Assembly (NCBI GenBank): GCA_030770535.1
Contig: JASVEC010000022.1
Location: forward strand, 558,001-622,000
DNA: 64,000 nt
Reading direction: 5' to 3'
Source: Batkoa obscura
Lineage: Eukaryota
The translations under genes and the position numbers were made by a program. Positions 55,254 through 64,000 of this stretch are shown here, piece by piece. Within the stretch, counting starts at the first letter, position 1. The number at the start of each line of letters is the position of its first letter. The notes beneath the pieces are model-generated. The model saw nothing but the letters and a program-made list of their open reading frames with translations. It did not search any database and was not told the origin of the DNA.

Positions 55254-58200
55254 TTACGCCGAATGTTTATTACATAGCCAGGCATGCCATATGGGCTGAA
55301 TACCACGCGGTGTCTCGCTTTTATGATTAAAAGCCGTACACTTACGGTAACTTACTCCTAAGACTAAATTTTCATTCATACCCATATTGTCCTGTATAAA
55401 CATTCTGGTTTCTTTTAGAGCAAGGTGTCGAATACTAAGAAGTGCCTCTTGTGCTTTATTGATCCAGAATGAAATCCAGTTTGGATTTTCTCCATCTCCG
55501 TTGATTCCTCGAGAATTGAACATTTCTAGTGCTGCTGCTGTAATAGAGGAATCTACTGACTTATGAGAAGAGCAGAACGATTCAATAACACAACTGAGTT
55601 TCTCAAAGTAAGTTACAAGATCCTTCTCATTAGACGATACAATTGTATTAATGACGTCTGAATGAGCATTTCCTAGTATCTTTGAATCTGAATAAAAGGA
55701 GCATAGTTGAGAAACTATTGATAGAAGTGGCCCAGCACTACCAATAAAATCATGGGGTCTATTAAGTGGAATACCTGGGTGATTTGTAAAGTGAATGCTT
55801 AAAGAATCTTCACATAAGAAGTGGATCCTGAAAGTTTCGTGATTCCATTTATTTGGGTCTATCCAGGCATTCCCACAGTTCATTGTTGGTAAGACGACAA
55901 CAAGACGTGGTGCTTGTATTTCGCTTGTAGCAACTACTTGCTTACGAAGGGATGCAGCAAGCGAAAAAAGTTCTGGTGATAAGGGCTCTCTGTAAACTAT
56001 AAATTTATCAGTTGATATATTGGGGGAGAAGCTGGGCAATGACTTGCATTGTAAAAGAAAATCTGAATCTAGGATATCAGAAGTGGTACTTCGTTTTAAG
56101 GGATTTTGATTTAAAAGTGATCTTATCACATCCGAAGCTTCAATCGGAAGTTGATTTACTTCTGGAAGGGTTAATATACCTTCTGAATCCCAATAAATTC
56201 CCTTTGAGATAAGATTTTTAGCGTTATCAGAATTTAATAGTTTCAATATCTCTATTTCTGGAGTTCCAACACCCATATATGGCTTACGAACATACAGCTC
56301 CTAATACATATTAATAAAATATCAAACTAAATATTGAATAAACTTACATAGATAAAACAACCAAGTGCCCATACATCCATAGCAGGAGTTGCCGAAATTA
56401 GATTAGTTGAACTTTTTAAGAAAAGTGAAGCAAGTTCAGGAGGACAATAGCGTGGGGGTTTGGATCCTTTAACTATATCGCCTTCAATTAAACAACGATC
56501 AATACGAGTAAGCATAATCCTGTTTGAAATAGAATCTCCGGAAAAACATAAATCAATGGGTTGAAGATCTGAAATAACAACTCCCCTTGCATGACAGAAA
56601 CTTAATAACTGTGCTACTTGTTTAACAATCATTCGAAGGTCATCATCAGATAATGGATATTTTTGTTTACGCAACAAATCAGTAAGTCCCATTCCACATG
56701 CTGAGTGTGTAATTACATAGCAAGGCTTGCTCGGTGTATCAGATAAAGTATAGGTTTCTTTGATATGAGGTACATAAGGACCTTCTAAAATTTGAAGCAT
56801 TTCAATCTCTTTTTCCCAAAGCGCCTTATTTAAATAAATGAGTATTGCTACTGAGTTAGAAGAGGATACTTCTAGTGCAGTGGTGGCAAACACATCTTCT
56901 CTAGCGAATACTATAGGAGAAGTCATTTGATAAAAGTTACCTAGTTTTTTAGCCAAAAGTGGTTCTAAGCCTAAATTTAAAGTATTAGGTAAGGAACGCT
57001 GTGAGAAACCTGAATTAGAAATTGGATTTGATTGAATATTTGACATGCTTTGGAATAATTGAGCAGGTTCTTGCCCTTCCCTAAGATTCGAATGTGTTCT
57101 TGAAATTACTATATCTTCTCTATATGGCCAATTTTGTATTGAACTAGTCGGTGTAGATAATTCATCTGGCGATCTGGAAAAAAGATTGACATTATCGATA
57201 GTACGCCCTAAGTGGGATATTCTTTCAAGTGGGCTCATCCTCTCATCATTTTGTCTGATTGACGTTGTACGAAACAAATTTGTATCAATTGAAAGTTGGG
57301 ATGTAGCGTTGTGAGCAAGGGTCTTTGAAGGAAAGTAATCTATAGTCGGCGAAGCGGGCTCAGCCAAGGAGGGTTCTTTAAGTTCCTGTGATATACTTCT
57401 GGTATGATTTATTGTACTAGCAATATTTTCGCTTCTTTTTGAATCTAATGGGGAAAGAGGCCTCATGAATTTGATTGGAACTGGTGCAACAGAACTAGTA
57501 GCATCATCTTTACCTGAAAACATGCTATAAGATGTACCATCAATCATGTCCCATTTATCGCTATTATCATTGTCGTCTTCACTTCTACTAACAGGGCGAG
57601 AAATCACCCGTGGTGTAGAAAGTAGCTTTGACTCAGAGGATGATTTTATTGGACTCAAATATTGGCCATTTATACTTGGAGTATTTGAATCATGAGCTGA
57701 GTATTGTGAATAACGTCCAGGTGTACCTATATTAGAATCTGGGAAAGTAGGTTGCATTAAATTACTATGATTCGCATTACTTTTATCGCTTATTGATTTA
57801 TCTCCTTCTTTTTGATGCTTTTTGTTTTTTCTACGCCAGTGCCTTAAGCCTACTCCAATTATAGCCCCCATCATAAGAACTCCAAATAAAGCACTTACAA
57901 TAGCTATTATAATAATATTATTAGATGAAGTTCCAGAGCTATTAGTGGTTCCACTATCATCACCGTCGTTAGGATCGTTTACGGATGTAGTACTAGGAGT
58001 TAATGCAGACCAGCTCCAATTAGTCGTATCAAGTTTATAAACAGCTGTACTAGAGGTTCCAACGCCACCATAAATATATATATTCTTACCATCATCAGCT
58101 GCTGTATGTCCCATTAAATTTGAGGGTCCAGATTCAGAGTTGGAAGTTGACTGTTTTTTCCACTCTAACTGGAAAGTTTGAGTGTTCCAATTACTCATAT

Positions 58201-59086
58201 CGAGAGTGTAAACCGACAATAAGTTAGGCTTCCAATCAAGACCTCCTCCTCCAATTAGAATAGCCTTGCTACCTACGCATGATAAAGTTGCTCCTATTCT
58301 AGAACCTGGATTGTTTGCTAAGGCAGGATAATCAAATTTAGTTTGAGCATTAAAAACTATTTCCTCTGTTATTGAAAATGTTTGAATTCTTTCCTCGAAT
58401 TTCGTGCCATCATACCCTCCATAAACTATAACAACCGATTTATCCTTCATATAACATGATGAATGAAAAGCAACAGGTTGACTATTCATAGAACGCAACC
58501 ATTCAAATCTATCTATTTGATAGGATGAGAGCATTTCAATTGCTTTGTTACCAGGCTTTCCACTTGAATCCGGGACAATGCCTCCATATAACAACAATCG
58601 TTCTTTTATTGCCATTAATGTTGCGCCTATGCGTACTGGATCATCTAATGGGAAAGTAGGTGAATTACTAGAATTAGTCCACGTCCATTTGTCAGTGTTT
58701 AATGACAGTATTGGAATGTTTTGTTTTGATAAATCTGAAGCTGCTGTAAAAGTATGTACATAGTTTGAGCTTGTTACTGAAGAGTGGAATTTCATTGGGT
58801 ATGTCGTTTTTTCCGTTTTCAATTTATACCATATGTTTTGATTTAGATCGAAAACCATTGTATCTGCATAAGGCTTTGCTGAATAAACATCAGCTGTCGG
58901 TTGTATACCGCCATGTATTATTAATTGGTTATTGACTATTGCTGAAGAGTGAAGAGCTAAAGGCTTTGGATCAGCCTTTACAAGATTTGAAGACCCTAGA
59001 GAAAGTATTGGAGTTATTGATAAAAAAAATGAACAAATTAAAATGGGAAAGTCATTTATCTTTGATTTTATTAGAACTGAAAACAT
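55254..59086 (-). CDS. Type I membrane protein: signal peptide, Kelch beta-propeller, TM helix, Ser-rich linker, pseudokinase domain, C-terminal domain (1 intron 56301-56347; 1261 aa)
   Basis: Kelch GG repeats (IIHGG, LLYGG, IVYGG, LIGGG, YIYGG), TM IIIIAIVSALFGVLMMGAIIGVGL followed by RHWRRKNKK, kinase-fold motifs HARGVVISDLQP, YCPPE, DVWALGC; a 47-nt GT-AG intron joins the two track ORFs in frame. Confidence 0.88.
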
Positions 59087-60874
59087 TGTTAGTTTTGGTG
59101 TTAGATTGATTCTATTAATTATTTTAACAAAAATTTCAAGGAATATTAATTATAGTATATTTGTAAACAGTTAATATTGCATTTGAATTTTGAGATGCTA
59201 TTGCTATTTAACTTATTCCTAAAAGTTATCTTTAAGTTGTATTATTGAAATTAAATGTCCTAAGCCCTTTAAAAATAGAAAATAGAAAAGATATTATTAG
59301 ATTTAATTAAGGGTAAAAGTTGACAATGTTCTTGGTTTACTTGATTTGTAAATTCAACTCTAACTTGAATTTCATTGGTGAATACCTTCATTAATCCACT
59401 AAAATAGGAATTAATTGTGGTAATAAGGACTAATTAGAAAGCATCTTTTAATAGAACTAAAATTAGAAATTTTATTAGACCAAATCACTTCGAACTCATC
59501 AAAGTTATTGGTTAAAAATTAGCTTTAAAATCACATGAACCCCACAGAATCTGATTTCAACATGTTTTCTGCTGTTAAAACTTGGTGTAAAATTATTACA
59601 TGGTAAAAAGTCTTCTGTGGAGAATATATTTAAATATTGCCAAGCGTGTAATAGAATTAATAGTAACATAAATATTTAATAGCTTTAAAATATGCAAAAA
59701 ATATAAACTTATTCAATGTAATAAGAGTGTATAAAAATTAAAAATTTATAGCTAATATGAAAATAGCAACTTTTTTCTTTTTCTTTTTAAATCTTTTAAA
59801 TGCTGAAATGAGAACGCTTTGCTTATGTTTTATTTTTAATATAGATTGCAATATTTGATGAATACTAAGCAATAGATTGTAAATAGAATAACTGTCAATA
59901 ATATTCTAATGGCTAAACTTTACATTAAAAGAAAATAAATTTCTTACTATAACAGTAAGACACAGCTTAAATACTAACTTATGCTATATAACAATATTTG
60001 AATATCAATCGTATTTTAATAGGATTTATTGAACTTTAAAAGAATAAATGTGATGTATCATTTCAAATATTGAATTCTAGTTTAATTTATTTTTAGAAAG
60101 TTTCAATCTTAAAATAAAATTTATTAGATTTATTTTAGAATTATGGTGATCTTTTAAGTTAAAATAATGTCAGTAGTTTTATAATATCAAAACTGTGTAG
60201 TTTGAATGATTTTTCAAATCTTGAAGTCAATGTTAAGTAAAAGTATTATATGTCATAGTATAAATAAAATCTAAGTTTTAAGCTATTTTTTACACTTAAT
60301 TAGCTTTTTCAAAAGAAATATTGATAGTAATATGGACATTTAAAATCAGATGGTTAATTATTTTGCCTGGAAATATACATACAATCATAATTTTAAATAA
60401 TATACTTTTAGAATACTACTAGAATTGTCAAAAAAAAAATGTATATCATACTATTAGACATACTAATCATGCTTATTATACATGTTTGTATTAATTGCTA
60501 AAGGACCCTAAAAACACAACAGAAGTAAAAATTAAATTATATATAAAGGGCAATAAAATTACATGAAATTTCACAATATCCAGATATTTTTCTTGGCTTC
60601 ATTATTATATAACTACGCTTTTATACATTATATGAAAAATTATTAGTAAAAGATTACTTATTAAACATATGTGTATTATTTACATCAATTATATTACTCA
60701 ACAATCTTTAGATACAATGGATTATTATTATTATTAAGACATATGCTATTTCATTAGAAATATAGAACGCTGATTTTAATGGATATATTATTTTATAATC
60801 TAAGGTTAGGATAGTTTTATGATATTACTTGTTTAATATTAAGAGCATTTTTGCTACAAAGATAATGGGTATAT

Positions 60875-60973
60875 GAGAGTGTCTTTTTTGACTTCATTAT
60901 TTTTTCTATTTTTTAAGCGCCATTTAAGCGGAAAATTTGTTGGTAAAATTCTTAAACACAAAAATACATCCCC
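60875..60973. mobile_element. MITE family copy, TSD ATAT
   Basis: Consensus match. Confidence 0.9.
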
Positions 60974-61018
60974 ATATATTGTATGAAAAAAGTAGCTTTG
61001 AGAGTAAAATGGACTAAT

Positions 61019-61117
61019 AAGGATGCTTTTTTTGGTTTCATTGTTTTTTCCATTTTTTAAGCGCTATTTGAGTGGAGAAATTATTAGTAAAATTCTTAAA
61101 CAGAAAAATACATCCCT
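61019..61117. mobile_element. MITE family copy (decayed ends)
   Basis: Consensus match, 45 bp after the previous copy and 14 bp before the solo LTR. Confidence 0.85.
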
Positions 61118-61131
61118 ATATATAGATATAG

Positions 61132-61596
61132 TGTGAAATCTGGTACTCAGTGTTTGGAGTCAAAAGTAGTTCTTACTTAGTTGGCTAACCATAAGTCGAA
61201 AGGCCTTAGTTTATGTAACTAAGACAGACTTGAATTATGAAGAATAGCACATAATAGACTACGGACTATGTAAGACAAATAGAATAGGCAATACTAATGT
61301 AAAATCTACGTAAAATACTATTAAGAAAACTTGGTAACTTTATTGAATGTACAAGATATCAGGGAATAATTCAGTTAAAAAGCCTTGAGTTACTATATCC
61401 TAAAATCTCTTTTATACTCCAAAAAGTATGAACATTAAAATGGAAAGATAATGCCCTTCGGAATCACATGAAAGAAATTCTCATAGTAAATCAAAACAAG
61501 AGCATAGGATTGATTGTCTCTGAATTCGAGAATACAACAACTTAAGTGATTATTATGATATAATCAATCATGGAGCTTACAAAGCGATATTTCATA
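61132..61596 (-). mobile_element. Second solo-LTR-like copy (465 bp)
   Basis: Colinear with 21404-21830 over the full length; ends TGTGAAA...TTTCATA; ~40-bp extra segment near 61430-61475; no intact TSD. Confidence 0.82.
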
Positions 61597-61767
61597 ACTG
61601 TTTAAGTTTAATATTATCAATAATAAACTCTAATAATGTTTTTATTTTGTTATAAAATTTAGTTATAAAAGTTTGTGTTTAAGTTTAATAAAAATTAAAG
61701 TTAAATAATTAAATAATTATATATTATATATTTATTAAATATTTAATAAAAATAACATAAAGCATAT

Positions 61768-61863
61768 GTGGATGTATTTTTTTTGTTTAAGAATTTTACT
61801 ACAATCTTTTTACTCAAATAGTGCTTAAAAAATGGAAAAAGAATAAAATAAAAAAACAGTCTC
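61768..61863. mobile_element. MITE family copy, TSD ATAT
   Basis: Consensus match. Confidence 0.87.
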
Positions 61864-62358
61864 ATATATTAATCATAACACTAGAAAATTTCATAAAACA
61901 CATAATTTTACATTGTTTGCATTTAATACTAAATAAGAAATAAAAATATACTTAAAGCCAACTACAATAAATATAACTTATTAACTATTAGAAGTTAAAA
62001 TTTTATTAAGGTTTATGTAATAAAATTATTCAAAAAATCTATATAAAATACTTGTTTTTACATTTTATATATTTACTACTAAATATATATAAGGATATGC
62101 TAGCCACCAACAATAAACTTGACTACTAAACACCAAGATAATTTTAATATTAAATAAAACAGAAAGTAAATGTTCAATTTATAAACTCAAATTTATAACT
62201 TTATAAAAATCTCACATGAATATATATAATTTAAATTAGTTTTTATTTAATACTCTAGAAACAATAACTATACAACCAACCAACAGTATAAACCTTCGTT
62301 TACTAAACACATAGTTAACTTTTTTATAAAATAAATTTTATTTCCTCCCTAAATAACA

Positions 62359-63462
62359 TTAATCTTCCATAGCATTATCATTATTTTCAGTATTTTGTTC
62401 AGTAACTGGTAACTCTAAAGAATCGAGATAAGGAACAGTTTGATCATCTTCAAGGATAACAACATCTTCAGTTTGTCCAACAAGAGCAATAGACACATTT
62501 TTACTTGAAAGGGTCACATCATTTGGTAAAGTAGCTTGTAACGCTTGTAAGGCATGTTTAATAAGTTCATCATCAGAAGCTAAAAAGTAGCTAAATTAAA
62601 AATTAGTTTCACTAGCACTAAATTAAAATTTACCAGTAGGATAAGTATCTAAATATTTTTCCAAATAAGTTTTTGCAGATTGACTACGAGCTCCTATTGA
62701 CATAGCAAAATATTCAAAGTTATTACCACTTGGACTAGATTCATAAAGATGTGGACCAGTTTCCTATTAAATTTTAAAGTTTAATTATTTTTTAAATTAA
62801 TCTTATTTAAAATTACATCTTTTCCAATAACTAAAAATCCAACACCATATGGACGTCCACCATAACCTTGGGTATTGGCTTGTGCCTCTAAAATTTTTAT
62901 TAAATTTTTTCGATTGTATAGTATTAATTTACTATCTCCTAATTGATTAATAATACGAGAAACTGGTAATGGGCGATCATAAACCATCTTTGATTTTAAG
63001 GCTTCTGTACGCATATAACGGCTAATATATATATTTAAAACTAAACAATGATGGATTTAATGATTATATTTACCTTAATACTCTAGCATCTGAAGTCAAA
63101 CCAGCGATGGCAATAGCCATATGGTCATCAATTAGAATGATCTTTTTTTGATAGCTAGCTAAATCATGCGGGGATCTCTATTAACAAATTTTATTAATTT
63201 ATCTATTAATTTACGAGATCTTGAAATCCCTCATTCATCCACTTTTATTCTATTCTCAACTACTATAATCTTCATCCATAATAAAAAAATAAGGAAATAA
63301 AATAAAACTTACTTTTAAAGCAACCAAAACAGCACTTGATTTTGAACGGATACCAACCACAGCTGAACCTTGTTTTACAGCTTCCATAGCGTATTCTATT
63401 TGATGTAATCGACCTTGTGGACTCCATACGGTTACATCATTATCATATTGATTACGGAACAT
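62359..63462 (-). CDS. PRE5: 20S proteasome subunit alpha-6 (PSMA1 orthologue), multi-exon
   Basis: [66 protein letters not shown]; ends NDNAMED*. Confidence 0.97.
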
Positions 63463-63624
63463 TTTTTTGAAAAGCTTTGGTTAAATAAAATTTAGTAAAT
63501 AGAGAAATAATAATATTGGGTTACAACATTAATAGCACTTTTTTTGTTGACGTAAGATACATTAGCTTGGTTGAAATTGTAGAGTGATAATTGATAACCT
63601 ATTATTTAGTTAATTTAAGGAACT

Positions 63625-63631
63625 TGATTGG
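63625..63631 (-). promoter_or_regulatory. CCAAT box upstream of PRE5
   Basis: CCAATCA on the minus strand about 165 bp before the ATG. Confidence 0.35.
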
Positions 63632-64000
63632 CTATTAACTTAGACAAATTAAATGTTTGAATTTTAACAGTAGTAAAATTAAAATAATAACAGCATTAAT
63701 CTAAATAAATTATTATTATTTAACACTATGCTCTTCCAAGTATTACAATGTGTGTATTGTAATATGTATCAAGTCCATCAGGTAAGTGTTTCTTCATATT
63801 TATATTTAACTATTTAAACTAAGTTATTAATTTCAATCTAAGTAGGAAAAAAAAGCGATAAAATTTAAATGTAAAGTATGTAATCAAAATCAAAGCTATC
63901 AAAAAATTTTATTTGTAGGTAGCGGTAAAGAATGTCGCCTAAAAGTACAAGAGTTCAATGCTGAGTTTATTACTGCTACTGAAAAATTAGGATTCACTCA

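Noticed and set aside
56882..56890. PACE/Rpn4 element GGTGGCAAA
   Set aside because: Lies inside the pseudokinase coding region, 6.5 kb from the PRE5 promoter.
60581..60665. Possible additional very old MITE copy
   Set aside because: Only TTTTTCTTGGCTTCATT and TTATTAGTAAAA match; ends and TSD cannot be defined.
63178..63312. Unusually long first intron of PRE5 as a snoRNA host
   Set aside because: No proper box C (RTGATGA) with box D (CTGA) and no evident H/ACA hairpins.

Overview
Eukaryotic, very AT-rich, gene-dense genomic DNA using the standard code, with many very short (~40-55 nt) GT-AG introns. Gene content and intron style point to an early-diverging fungus; a Conidiobolus-like Entomophthoromycotina species is my inference, not proven. 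Eighteen protein-coding loci are visible, in order: a partial Pro/Gly/Asn-rich protein (metacaspase- or annexin-type N-terminus), a cytochrome P450, RNA Pol III subunit RPC1, a PPR protein, ATP23, a long Ded1/DDX3-family helicase, a secreted Gly/Ser/Asn-rich protein, an alpha-arrestin, PET127, a second arrestin-fold protein, TSPO, a LETM1-like protein, VPS35, hexokinase, a very divergent condensin II CAP-G2 candidate, Aha1, alanyl-tRNA synthetase, a Kelch-TM-pseudokinase and proteasome PRE5 (nineteen counting the partial first gene). Intergenic DNA carries about 20 copies of one ~98-bp MITE (GGGG...CCCC ends, 4-bp target-site duplications) and two copies of a solo-LTR-like element. The most interesting items are (1) a receptor-like Kelch-TM-pseudokinase with an extra conserved-looking C-terminal domain, (2) a hidden condensin II CAP-G2 homologue seen only after manual splicing, (3) an Aha1 with a C-terminal membrane anchor, (4) the Sola-like MITE family with nested and micro-inverted copies, and (5) a Ded1 paralogue with a Trp-studded disordered tail. 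Exon boundaries were read by eye and no database searches were run.
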